A stretch of 63,305 bases of DNA, the filler included, from Folioceros fuciformis (lineage: Eukaryota): the NCBI GenBank assembly GCA_049999805.1. It is 7 parts of 7 records of this genome, joined end to end, with 100 filler letters (N's around TTAATTAATTAA, not from the genome) between each part and the next. Parts side by side here need not be neighbours in the genome. Positions count along the whole stretch, not along the records: positions 1 to 4,685 come from JBNGIO010004463.1; positions 4,786 to 22,100 come from JBNGIO010004465.1; 5 more parts are not named here. One strand, given 5' to 3'. Shown here piece after piece: positions 1 through 11,412 of this stretch (position 1 is the first letter of the stretch; every line of letters begins with the position of its first letter). Under the pieces are notes generated by a model that saw only the letters and a program-made list of their open reading frames with translations, was not told the origin of the DNA and did no database searches. Made by a program: the position numbers and the translations under genes.

Positions 1-589
1 CCCACGACGATTTTCCCGATCCACTCCCTAACCCTAAACTTCCAGCTCTCGCCGCTGCGTTCAAAGGTTGGTGCTCGTCGATTCACCGCACCCAGAACTT
101 CTGCCTTGCGGCGCTTGAATTAGGGTACCCACCAACGTCGTAGCTTCCCACCTCGTTATGTATGCAACTAGGAGTTCTTTCCCGAGGCTCCCGGCCCAGG
201 ACGTGGCGCAAGACGTGACGGAACACCTTAACAAGACCTTTTCAACGTAACGGAAATAGATTTTGGGGTGATCTAACAGACCCCTTTATGCCGAAATCAC
301 TATTTTCTTAAACTATTAACGTATTCATTTTTAAAACTTATTATCATATATACTTACTGATAGATACAAACCTTCCCAAGTAAGCTTCTATTTTTCACAC
401 AATTTTGTCTTAATTTTCCCACATGACTTAGTTCAAATGTTTGGGCAAGGTATTTATACTTGAGCCGCAATACCACAAATTAGGCAAGGATTTAGAGCCC
501 ATGGAAGCTTTGTATGGTAACAAAGGTATAGGAGATCAAATTAATGATCAAGTGGCTCTCCATCTATGCAAATACTATCCTCTTTGACA

Positions 590-1235
590 ATGTATTAATA
601 TAGCAACAAACATTCTTGATGGAGCAATACACTAAAACTAGCAAAAGACATCACCTCACTGCTACGAAATGTTGATAATGCATTAGCATAGCAACAAACA
701 TCCTTAATGGAACAACACACTAAAACTAGCAAAAGACATCTCCGAACAACAACAAACTGCAATCAGCTCTTCTTGGCATGATCGACATGGCAATTCTAAC
801 CTTGGCGAAGATCGATCATGGCAATTCTAACCTTGGCGAAGATCAAACATTAGATTGTAGCCTAGTTGCATAGACTCAGAATAGCCACCACCTTTAGTAG
901 TATCCTAATCGATCGCCATAAGCATATTTTGGCTCTTCCTCCACTAGCCCAAGTGGCTCACACCCAAGACATCTCCTAACTACAATGAATTGCAATCAGG
1001 CTCTTCTTGGCATGATGGACATGGCAATTCCAACCTTGGTGGAGATCAAACATTAGATTGTAGCCTAGTTGCATAGACTCACAATAGCCACCACCTTTAG
1101 CATATTTTGGCTCTTCCTCCACTAGCCCAAGTGGCACACACCCAAATCATCCCCATGAGCAACTTTTGACTCTTCCTTCACCAACTCAAGTGGTTCACAC
1201 CCAAATCATCACATGAGCGTCTTTTTGCTCTTCCT
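590..1235. repeat. Nested local duplications, probably a TE remnant
   Basis: TAGCAACAAACAT...CACTAAAACTAGCAAAAGACATC occurs twice (~601, ~689). GCTCTTCTTGGCATG...AATAGCCACCACCTTTAG occurs twice (~766, ~1000). CTCTTCCT.CAC.A..CAAGTGG..CACACCCAA occurs three times. No ORF. Confidence 0.6.
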
Positions 1236-1912
1236 CTAGTTTTCATTGTAGGATTGGCCAAGGTTTCATCTGCTTAGTGCAACTAGGCTTCTGCTACAAA
1301 GAAGCATTTGGCCTCTATGAAATAGAAGGTCATAGGGCTTTCCAAAACATCATCTCCCCTTGTCCTTAGCAACACTCTTCTTTGCTAAGTAGTAGGCTTT
1401 TCGTCGTTTCACCATATATGTGAGTATCCAACATTTAGCTAATAATATTTTTAAGTTAATATTAATTCATATTAATGATTTTACTCCAAATCACCCTAAG
1501 GTACCATATCTTCCACTTTAAGTGAGCTAGAACCATTTAGGGCCTTTGGAAGAGGGAAGGCCAATAGTTGTATGGGCGGCAATTACCAAACCACCCATAA
1601 ATTACTCATGATAGATGATTATGGATCTTTTGGTTTCTTTAAGTATCTACTTAAGTAGAACAAAGATTTTATTGAAAAAACAAGATGGAAAATCCATCTA
1701 CCTAAAAAAAAAAGAATGCAAAGCAACCAAAGAGGACTAGCCCCAACGTCATATAAGAACTCAAATTAGGATTAAGTTCGGTTGAAAGGACAAGAACTCA
1801 AGGATTAGGCATNNNNNNNNNNNNNNNNNNNNNNNNNNNNNNNNNNNNNNNNNNNNNNNNNNNNNNNNNNNNNNNNNNNNNNNNNNNNNNNNNNNNNNNN
1901 NNNNNNNNNNNN

Positions 1913-3070
1913 ATGGTACAAGTTGTTAAGTATTGAGATGGGGTTTAGAGCAAGTAGCTAGGTATATCATGGTACAAGTTGTTAAGTATTGAGATGGGGT
2001 TTAGAGCAAGTAGCTAGGTATATCATGGTACAAGTTGTTAAGTATTGAGATGGGGTTTAGAGCAAGTAGCTAGGTATATCATGGTACAAGTTGTTAAGTA
2101 TTGAGATGAGGTTTAGAGCAAGTAGCTAGCTGTATCATGGTACAAGTTGTTAAGTACTAAGATGGGGTTTAGAGCAAGTAGCTAGGTGTATCATGGTACA
2201 AGTTGTTAAGTACTGAGATGTAGTTTAAAGCAAGTAGCTAGGTATATCATGGTACAAGTACTTAGATGGTACAAGTTGTTAAGTACTGAGATGGGGTTTA
2301 GAGCAAGTAGCTAGGTGTATCATGGTACAAGTTGTTAAGTATTGAGATGTGGTTAGAGCAAGTAGCTAGGTATATCAAGGTACAAGTACTTAGATGGTAC
2401 AAGTTGTTAAGTACTGAGATGGGGTTTAGAGCAAGTAGCTAAGTATATCGTGGTACAAGTACTTAGGTGGTGTGGTTGGACGGAAAGATGCTCTTTGGAA
2501 GAAGTAGCTAAGTGTACTTTGATACAAGGTATACCATGGTACAAGTTGTTAAGTACTGAGATGGGGTTTATAGCAAGTAGCTAGGTATATCATGGTACAA
2601 GTTGTTAAGTGCTTAGATGGTACAAGTTGTTAAGTACTGAGATGGAGATGGGGTTTAGAGCAAGTAGCTAGGTATATCATGGTACAAGTACTTAGGTGGC
2701 ATGGTTGAACGGAAAGATGCTCTTTGGAAGAAGTAGCTAAGTGTACTATGATACAATACAAGGTATACCATGATACAAGTTGTTAAGTACTTTGATTCGT
2801 GGTTGAAGGGAAGGATGCCCTTTGGAGAGAGTAGCTAAGTGTACTCTGATACAAGGTATACCATGGTACAAGTTGTTAAGTACTTTGATCCGTGGTTGAA
2901 GGGAAGGATGCTCTTTGGAGAGAGTAGCTAAGTGTACCATGACACAAGGTATACCATGGTACAAGTTGTTAAAGTACTTAGATANNNNNNNNNNTAGATA
3001 AGCTCGCTGAAGTGAAGGATGCTCTTTAGAGCAAGTAGCTAGGTGTACCATGATACAAGTTGTTAAGTAG
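1913..3070. repeat. 56-bp satellite ATGGTACAAGTTGTTAAGTATTGAGATGGGGTTTAGAGCAAGTAGCTAGGTATATC with longer variants to the right
   Basis: Units start at 1913 and 1969 (56-bp period) and continue. The array abuts an N gap, so it is probably collapsed. Confidence 0.95.
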
Positions 3071-3981
3071 CTATGTATACCATTGCATACAACTTTGTTA
3101 AGAACCAAGTCCCATGATGGAAATTTGTCCTTTACTCCAATAGAATTCTTCTTCTTCCTTTATTAGTATTCAATGAACCCTCATAAAATTCTGCTGATTC
3201 AATTGCTAATGTTGCCAACTGCCTTTAAAGATCAATGAACATCCATGGTCAAACGAAGGATACAATATAAGACATAAAGGAGAGAAAGCAAAGATATGAG
3301 ATAGAGAAGCAAAGGCCACAAAACAAAATAGAGGGAGACCATGGAGATCAACTCTGTTTGTGTTGTTGTGGTATGCCTTGGCACATTTCTTAAGAAACTT
3401 GAAGAATATTATACTTAGTATGCAAAATTTGTAATTAGGTAGAGAATGCCATGTTGGGTTGGAGAGCAAAAGACTTTGGCTGTGGAGGGGGTTTGTACAA
3501 CTATGGGTTTGCTTCTTCATAGCTGGCAAGTTGCTTAGCCCCAAAACCAAGATACAAGAGGAGTCTACCCATAGATAGTACTCCGAAGACAAATACAATA
3601 TAGAAGAGAATTCTCTCTTATCTTTGCTGCATGATGGTAGGAAGGATAAGAGAGAACGCTCTTAGTGGATGTTGTGCTTAGGACTGAATTATTCACTTGC
3701 GACTTCTCTACCGATCGAAGGAGATCGATGTGGAAGAGAAAAGTGGGAGAGCTGTGGGGGGATGCAACATTTTCGCCCTGTCCAGCACATGTAGCTTTCC
3801 CTGAAGCGGTCTGCATGGTGAGCATTCGTTGGCAAGACTCCTCGTTCAGTCTGCGACACATCACTCACGGAATAGAGTCTCTTGGAGACACTCTTGGAGA
3901 GCACCGTGCGAGGAACAACAAGACCTGGCACCAGTTCTTCTCGGGACTTGCATGCGCCTTTTCAGCCAGTCGGGGGTTGTG

Positions 3982-3988
3982 ATATAAA
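3982..3988 (+). promoter_or_regulatory. TATA box of the cupin gene
   Basis: ATATAAA ~120 bp upstream of ATG 4104, followed by a pyrimidine-rich leader. Confidence 0.55.
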
Positions 3989-4103
3989 GCCCGCCCCTGC
4001 TTGTCCTGTCACACTCATCTGCTCTTCCCTCCCGTTGGGTAGTTGATGCTTCCCTGTGCTTCTTTCTGACGAGTTTACTTCGAATTAGTGCAATTCGGAA
4101 CCA

Positions 4104-4685
4104 TGGCGCACATGGGGAGGTTGGGTGTGGCGATTGCCGGCCTGCTACTGGCCGCGCTGGTGGCCACAGGGATGGGCGACCAGTCTCAGTGTGCGAGGCT
4201 GGAAGCCGACAGAATGTTCGAGTCCGAGGGTGGCCGGTTTGAAATGTGGACATCCAATAGGTGTGAGGCTCTCGAGAACGCGGGCATGGAAGGCGCGCGA
4301 ATTCAACTGAGGGAGCGAGGGTTGCTGCTGCCCATGTACACGGACTCTGCGATGCTCATTTACTGTACCCGGGGTACGTGGATCTCATCGTCCCGTAGAT
4401 TTTGAAATCCTCTGCTTGCAGGTGCACATTGTGAACAACGTCGTGTGCTCATGCTCCGATTCCCCGTTCTGTTGAATGGGTTGCTGGCTACAGGGCAGGC
4501 GATGATGGGCATGAGCCTGCCGATGGGTGCGCGCCGAGACTACCGCATGATCCAGAAGGGCGAGGTTGTAGCAGTCCCGCGGGGTATGGTGTTCTGGTTC
4601 TACAACATGGGAGAAGAGAGTCGGGGCTGTGAGTGTGTGCGGGGTGGTGACCATCGCCGGGAGGAAGACCGCGAACGGAAGCACC
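4104..4685 (+). CDS. Secreted 11S globulin/legumin-like cupin, 3' truncated by scaffold end (exon 1 4104-4373, exon 2 from 4494)
   Basis: Signal peptide MAHMGRLGVAIAGLLLAALVATG, then ESEGGRFEMW, GLLLPMYTDSAMLIY..RG and QKGEVVAVPRGMVFWFYNMGE, matching the legumin N-terminal cupin motifs. GT-AG intron 4374-4493. Confidence 0.8.
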
Positions 4686-4785
4686 NNNNNNNNNNNNNNN
4701 NNNNNNNNNNNNNNNNNNNNNNNNNNNNNTTAATTAATTAANNNNNNNNNNNNNNNNNNNNNNNNNNNNNNNNNNNNNNNNNNNN
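4686..4785. other. Artificial scaffold spacer (N44-TTAATTAATTAA-N44); identical spacers at 22101-22200, 25695-25794, 38400-38499, 47783-47882, 59171-59270
   Basis: Exact 100-nt structure seen six times. TTAATTAATTAA puts a stop in all six frames. Confidence 0.98.
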
Positions 4786-6380
4786 GTAATATGCTTGAAG
4801 ATGCTGCCACAACATCGACTGCAAGTTTGAGAAAGTTACTTGGCCACGATGCTCTAAGTGATGGCAGGATGCTCAGGTTTCCGGATCATGGCATATTAGT
4901 TCAGAATGCGTGCATGGTTTTGATGCAGGCTTACAGTGGTTCGGGAAGGTCAGAACACCGCTATTTTTCCATTTCTGGCGAGGCCCTAGACGTGCATTCA
5001 GTGTGTGCTTCATGACTTGCACCGGCAGCTTGTCTTCGTACGGCTGAAGTTGCTGCGGTGGTTGCCGGCGCAGGACAGAACAATTGTTTCAGGTTTTGGA
5101 GGAGTTCTTTGAGCCTTTTGTTANNNNNNNNNNNNNNNNNNNNNNNNNNNNNNNNNNNNNNNNNNNNNNNNNNNNNNNNNNNNNNNNNNNNNNNNNNNNN
5201 NNNNNNNNNNNNNNNNNNNNNNNACTTGTGGCGCATTTGCTTTGAGCATTGCTCGTATTGCGAGAATTCATAATCTGGAGCTTCAGTGGCTGAGGCTCTT
5301 CATTTTCTTCCGAGCAGGGCATGCCTGCAGATTGCAGGTGGTTTTACAGTCACATGTCGTGTGGCTCTCGAGAGGTTTCTGAGAGAATGGAGTCAGAACC
5401 CCGATGATTTCACCAATATGGTGGCTGCGAGTGCCTCGAATGTGTTTCTTCCGGCTGAACGATATGCGCATCTTGCAGAGATTTATGCTATACATGTTCT
5501 CGTATATGGGTTTAGGGCCTCGGATGTGGCTTTAAGTTGGTTGCGTGGCAGTCCTTTGCCAGAGGACACAAAACGGGTAAGCATCCTCCTGAGGATTCTC
5601 ACCCCGGCACGGTCCATCATCGCCGACCACATGCTAAGGACTTGCTGGAGTTGAGGCTTTCTAATTTGTCTGATGTGCCCTGTATGTCCTTGTGAACAGT
5701 TAATCATCAAGAAAGTGTATACCATAACGCAGCCACAAAGGGCGGGGAATCTTATGTCTGTTTCACAACCCCAGGCCAGGGTCCAATCTCCAGAAACGAG
5801 TTCTTCTGACAGTGAAACTCAGGTGCAAGCAGTAGAGGAGAATCTAGCTGCTGGTGATGACCAGTATGGTGTCCGAGGTGGTAACAAAGTGGTGGTGAGG
5901 AAGGGTGGGGCTCTCCCTGGTACTCAGGGCCTTACACTTGCCAGGATAATCGGAAATGTGAGGGCTTGGTGGGTTTTCAGGCTGCTGAAGAGGGTGGTCC
6001 AGGTAATTTGTGCACGACTCAGGATGTTATACCTCGATGCTCAGAGAGGGCTGGGACGACGAGCTGCAGTGGGAGGATTCGCAGTAGGAGGGTTTGCCAT
6101 CTTCCTACTGTACGCCTTTTTGAGGCAGGGACGCGTTTTGTCAAAGTAAGCTAGTCTCACAGGATATTGCTGTCAGCGAGTAGTATGTGGATGAGAGTCT
6201 GCTAACCGGCAAGTTACTGATCTTTCGTGGTCTTTTTACAGGATTTTCCGAGACTACTTGAGAAAAATGAATACTGGTATATGTGACGTTTGGCAGCTTG
6301 CTTTCAGCGTGCAGCTCAATCCACTTGCTGCTGTAGATCCTCTACCTGCCCGAAGGGTGTATGGTAGCAGGTACGCTTGA
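4786..6380 (+). CDS. APEM9: APEM9/PEX26-like peroxisomal tail-anchored protein (5' end missing; clear exons ~5318-5576, 5700-6145, 6242-6380)
   Basis: Spliced product contains NACMVLMQA, ACLQIAGG, Y..LAEIYA.HVL, a hydrophobic segment AVGGFAIFLLYAFL and the C-terminal DVWQLAFSVQLNPLAAVDPLP characteristic of plant APEM9. Confidence 0.8.
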
Positions 6381-7382
6381 GGGTTGATTCTCAATGTCGG
6401 CCAGTGCAATGTGTTAGACTTGTGTCCATAATGTACAGATTTGGCACCCGGAGAGTGCAGAGCGGAAGATACATGGCTCTCGCGGCACATTGAGCCCACC
6501 TTTTTCTACGCGGAAACCTTGTGAGAGAGTTGTTTGTTCATGTGGTTGGTCACGCGGCATAGGTTTTTTTAGGTACCCAGCGTAAGTGTTCGGCGGAAAT
6601 TGAAGTTTCAATCTGTGTGTTGAAAGGAACTTGGAGTTGTTGCAGCGCGTAGGGTGTTTCTCTGTCATGTACCACCTGGTCCAGAATTTAACGCAGCGGT
6701 CGGGAGGCAGCATCACCACCTCGTGTATGCTGACATTCGTTCCCCTTCGAGCCAACTAGCGTAAAGTGCTCGAAGTCACAAAATAATGAAAAGAACCGAA
6801 GATGGAGGTTTTAGTTTTTGTTGGTCTTAGTCATCTCAAAGGAGGACTGCTATTAACGTCGGGTCCTTATCCGTGGAGTCAAGTCTAGGACGCCTGCCTG
6901 TCGCTGGCTGTCACTCTTGATGCAGCCATTGTAACCCAAAGTGGAGCTGTGTGACCTGCATACTTGCACCTGCTTGCATCTCCGATGCCAGGGCCCGGGG
7001 GCCTGGGGGCCCGGCGCTGTGGTGAGGTGACTATCGTTCCTCAGCGTATGTATCTGAAACGGGAGTAAATGGTTGAAAGCACGATAATTAACGATCTCAG
7101 TCTCCCTCTCGATTCATGTGGTGGTTAAACTGTCCTTGAACAGTAATGTCCATGCATTTGTAATGTAGCCACGAAGCTTCCACGTATCCTCACGTCGTTC
7201 CGCGAGGGTGTCTTCCTATTCGTGATGTTTCCTGAATTTTTCCTTTGTCCTTGCAGGAAGGATGCTTTCTACCAAGGGCTATGCCAAATCCAAGTACAAA
7301 ACTAATTCAAAGCTCATCAAAGATGAAACTAACTTGGTAGATAATACTTGCTGGACTCATAAATATTCAGATTTGGAGTGCG

Positions 7383-7506
7383 TGTGGTCGCCTTCTTCGT
7401 AATCTTGGTCGCCTTCTTCGTAATCTTGGTCGCCTTCTTCGTAATCTTGNNNNNNNNNNTCTTGGTCGCCTTCTTCGTAATCTTGGTCGCCTTCTTCGTA
7501 ATCTTG
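7383..7506. repeat. 21-bp tandem repeat TCTTGGTCGCCTTCTTCGTAA
   Basis: At least 5 copies around a 10-N gap. Confidence 0.95.
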
Positions 7507-7549
7507 TTCCCAACACATTGGCTAGGATGTGGTGACAATCTAATCAAAT

Positions 7550-8590
7550 ATCTTGTGCAAGAGGAAAGAAGAAAGAGAGCAAGCCAAAGCCAAAGCCAAA
7601 GGTTGGATGTGTAAGAGGAAAGAGAGCAAGCCAAAGGTAGGAAAGAGAGCAAGCCAAAGGTCGAATGTGCAAGAGGAAAGAGAGCAAGCCAAAGGTTGGA
7701 CCCAATTGAGGCGAAACCTTATCATAGTAGAGAATGAGAATGTGGTTGGTGCAATTCAGGATGCTAGGTTGAGCCAATAACGAAGCCACACCCAAACAAG
7801 CCAAGAGATAGAAGAATCCCAAAGAAGATTGAATTGTTTCTACGTTTATATTTTCTTGAGAAAGGAAAGTTGGAGCCCTTAGATTCTTACTACAAGAAAA
7901 GAGGAAAATTGAGGCATAACAACAGAAAGGGAGTCCCTACTTGATCTTAGCGACATTTGCAAAATCTTAGATGAGAAAAGTCAAGATGGGAGTCGAAAGG
8001 GCATAGTTCCTAAGAGTTGTAACCATCAATCTCCCTTGCCAACAAACTTGTGCCTCTGAACAAGGGCAAACCTCTACCTTTGAACAAGGTATGAAGAGAT
8101 GTCTGTCATCTTACAAGATCCCCAACATTACGCTAGAAGAGCTTGTAAGCAATAGTTATGTTGCATGGAGTGGCATTGGGTGATGCGTGAAGTGGAGAGG
8201 GAGGGAGAAGGTGTTGGAAGATAGGGATAAGAAATGGGCCCAATGACCCTTGGAGATATTGATGTAGTGAGCACAAGAGCTAGCAATGGGATGAATGGCT
8301 TACAAATGAAGAAGATGTGCCTTGAACAAGGATAGGCTTGCAATGGTGAAGGATTTGCCTTGCACAAGAGTGAGCAATGCCATGGATGGTTTACACTAAT
8401 GAAGGATGTGCCTCGCACAAGGATGGGCAAGCCATCGGTGGCTTACAATGGCCAACGATGTGCCTCGCACAAGAGTGCACAACGTGATGGATGGCTTACG
8501 GTGGTGAAGGATGGCTTACAGTGGTGAAGCATGTGCCTTGAGTTGCAAAAGGCAAATCTGTGATGAGGTGATGGACTTGCTTCCAAAGGT
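7550..8590. repeat. Degenerate repeat tract, likely TE remnant
   Basis: GAGGAAAGAGAGCAAGCCAAAG repeats at 7555-7700. GATGTGCCTCGCACAAG and GATGGCTTAC repeats at 8310-8550. Confidence 0.6.
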
Positions 8591-8812
8591 GGAACATAAT
8601 CTGCTAAGGGTGTTCTACTGTTTAACTCAAGTTCCAATCATAATCCGGTGGGACTGACTCGTGGCCTGCTATTGGCCATCCGGTATCGATGGAAAAAACC
8701 TTCGTAAATGAAACGCACCTGCCGGATTACGAGACCTTGGAATTAGACTCCTGAACAGGGGGGGATTGCTAATGTGTTCCGGCTTGAAAGATGTCGGATA
8801 GGATAGTCCACG

Positions 8813-10809
8813 ATGGCGATCGGGAGCGTGTGCCTCGCTGCGGGCGCGCGCGCTGCGCATCTCGACGGATGCAGCAGAGATGGTGGCTTCGGAAAGCGGC
8901 CTCTCATCACTCCGAATGAGGCCTGTTCCAGAGACGCAAGGACCAGAGCCACCAGCTATTACCAACAGCAGTGCATCCTGAAGGCGCAGAGATGTCGAAG
9001 TGGCAGACTATCAGGCAGGCGGAGGTGGACGTTGGCGCAGGTGCTCAATTCTGCCGTACTGGAGCAGGAGCAGCTGGAGAGCAACAAGGAACGGGGAAAA
9101 TGTGTCCTCGTTGCGGGGGCCACTGGAGGCGTAGGTGAGTTGGCTTTCTTGTTCAGTCTCTTCAACCTGTGTCGTGACGGTGCTGCGGTTGTCCCCGGAA
9201 GATTGCATTTTGCCTCTGAGCTGTCCAGGTAATATTTTTTTCTTTTGTTGTTTTTCGCATTGGCCATGTTCACCAGGGCAGCTGGTAGTTGCAGCTCTCC
9301 TTGAACGAGGGGTTCAAGTTCGTGCGCTCTTGCGAGATGCCGAGAAAGCTCGCTCTCTGTTTGGTGACAATTTTGAGCAGCTCAAGGTAGGCAGGCAGGC
9401 AGGCAGTCCTGGTATGTGGAACCAGGTTGGTTAAGGAAATTTGTAGTCAGTGACGAGTTGTGATTGACCTGGCTTTGTGCGCAGGTGCACATTGGTGATC
9501 TTCGGCATCCTCAGCAGCTGGACCAATCGTTCTTTGAGGCAGGATGCTTTTGCTGAATATTACCACTGTTTGTGGTGAAGATGTTTGAGCAGGAAGTCAT
9601 ACGCCGGTTGTTGTTACTGCCCCTTCTGATGATGTATGGGACTGCGGATGTTGTAGGGTGTCACACATGTGATCTGTTGTACGGGCACAACAGCTTTTCC
9701 ATCGAAGCGCTGGGATGGGGACAATGGCCCTGAAAATACAGGTACGGGTGAGAAAGGGAAGGCTCACTTCACTTCCTTTCGCCAGGAGCATTTCTGAGTC
9801 ATTGACATTTAAACCGGCTGATGATTCAAGCAGAGAGGAGAAGTGCTCTGCTTGCGTGCTTTTCTATGCATGAAACCCTCACATCCATCAGCACAACTTG
9901 ATTTTGAAGTGGTTTATTCGTGAAGATTGGATCGGAGTACGGAATTTGATTTCTGCGCTGCCCAAGTCAATCAGGAAGGCTGTGCTGGTGACGTCTATAG
10001 GAGTGACCAAGTACAACGAACTGCCTTGGAAGTGAGTGCGGGCAAGCCTGCTGACTTCAGCTAGTGCACGCTTCTGACTTCCAGAGATCAATATATCCGG
10101 CACTGATATAACGGGGGCGTTGCAACACCGTAGTCTACCTACTGTCGTGGATTGAACTTTACCCGTGCCTCGCAGCATTATGAACTTGTTCGGGGTGCTG
10201 AAATACAAGAAGCTATCGGAGGACTTTCTGCAGTCGTCGGGACTGCCCTACACGATTATCAGGCGAGTTTCACAAAAGAAGGTTACACAGAACGTATCGA
10301 CTGCTTTTGCGTAGGAGGGGAGAGGGGCCAGGTCTGATTTTCTATCTTCTGCAGGCCAGGAAGGCTTACTGATGGGCCTTACACCTCCTACGATCTGAAC
10401 ACTCTCCTCAAAGCTACAGCAGGGACCCGACGGGCAGTTACCATAGGGCAAGGTACGTTCATCCTCAAAACTGGTGTGCATTCCAAGAGTGGGAGGCTGC
10501 CGACCTCATTGTGCTCAGCCCAATCTCTGCCTGCCATTCAGGAGACAAGCTGATTGGGGAGGCCAGCAGACTGGTTGTTGCAGAGTGTTGCGTTCAAGCT
10601 CTAGACCTGGACATCACCACAGGCCAAGTTTACGAGATCAACTCAGTCGAGGTGAAAGGCATAATCACCCACAGTCACATTACTGTGCTCAGCCACGCTC
10701 CAACTTCTGGTTTTCTGTTGACATCTGCAACGTAACCGGCTGACAGGGGGAAGGTCCAGGAACAAATCCTGTCGCTTGGGAGTCACTGTTCAGATCCGCT
10801 CAATTATGA
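8813..10809 (+). CDS. Plastid-type NAD(P)-binding Rossmann-fold protein (atypical SDR, At4g31530-like), multi-exon
   Basis: Transit-peptide-like N-terminus, then VLVAGATGGVG|QLVVAALLERG, GVTHVICCTGTTAFPSKRWDGDN, GVTKYNELPW|SIMNLFGVLKYK, PGRLTDGPYTSYDLNTLLKATAG and GEGPG..W..LF. Stop TGA at 10807-10809. Confidence 0.9.
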
Positions 10810-11412
10810 ACCAGTCGGGCTTCCTGTTGCCCACTTGGTTTAATCCAAGCGACCTTGTGCATTGAAGAACGGGCCTGCCGTCTTGCTCCGTAGAACACGA
10901 CAAGCCAAAATTTCAGCCACTGTCTGCGGACGCACTTCAGATTCCTGTGCGCTCTACAACTCCTGTGTGCTACGGCCTGTCTTACATTCCTGTGTGCTCT
11001 ACACCTCCCTGCACCACTCGTCTTGTGATGCCCGTGATGAAGCTGTCTTAAGGCAGACATTTGCCCTGCTCCTTGTACGTGCGTATCTCTGTTGTGGTGG
11101 AATCCATGGAATCTGCAATCAAGCAATTACGGAGACCAGTCGATATCTAACTTCGGTGAATCTGTTTTTTTTCACTGTAAGATCCGTAGTTTACCACGGT
11201 CGTGGGTAGTGGAGTAGTGGAGAACGCGCAACATGTGCGATCGATCCTCTAATTTATGCCCCTGACTGTCTTTATCCGGTCACCTCACCTGCGTTTCAGG
11301 CTCTCACACGGCTCAAGACAGTCCGCCTGTCTTGAAAGCTTCAAACACCAGCCAACGTGGAGTCGGCAGCAATTGCAGGGCCGCGACGCAACACGAGCGG
11401 GGCTCCGACGCG

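Noticed and set aside
2746-3108. Repetitive ORFs in satellites (also 7329-7652, 30885-31119, 53207-53762)
   Set aside because: These are translations of tandem DNA repeats with no independent coding evidence.
4730-4741. TTAATTAATTAA as a recurring biological motif
   Set aside because: Always centred in exactly 44+44 Ns; it is an assembly linker.
6950-6985. miR530/miR1030-like TGCATACTTGCACCTGC
   Set aside because: Only a partial match, with no complementary arm for a precursor.
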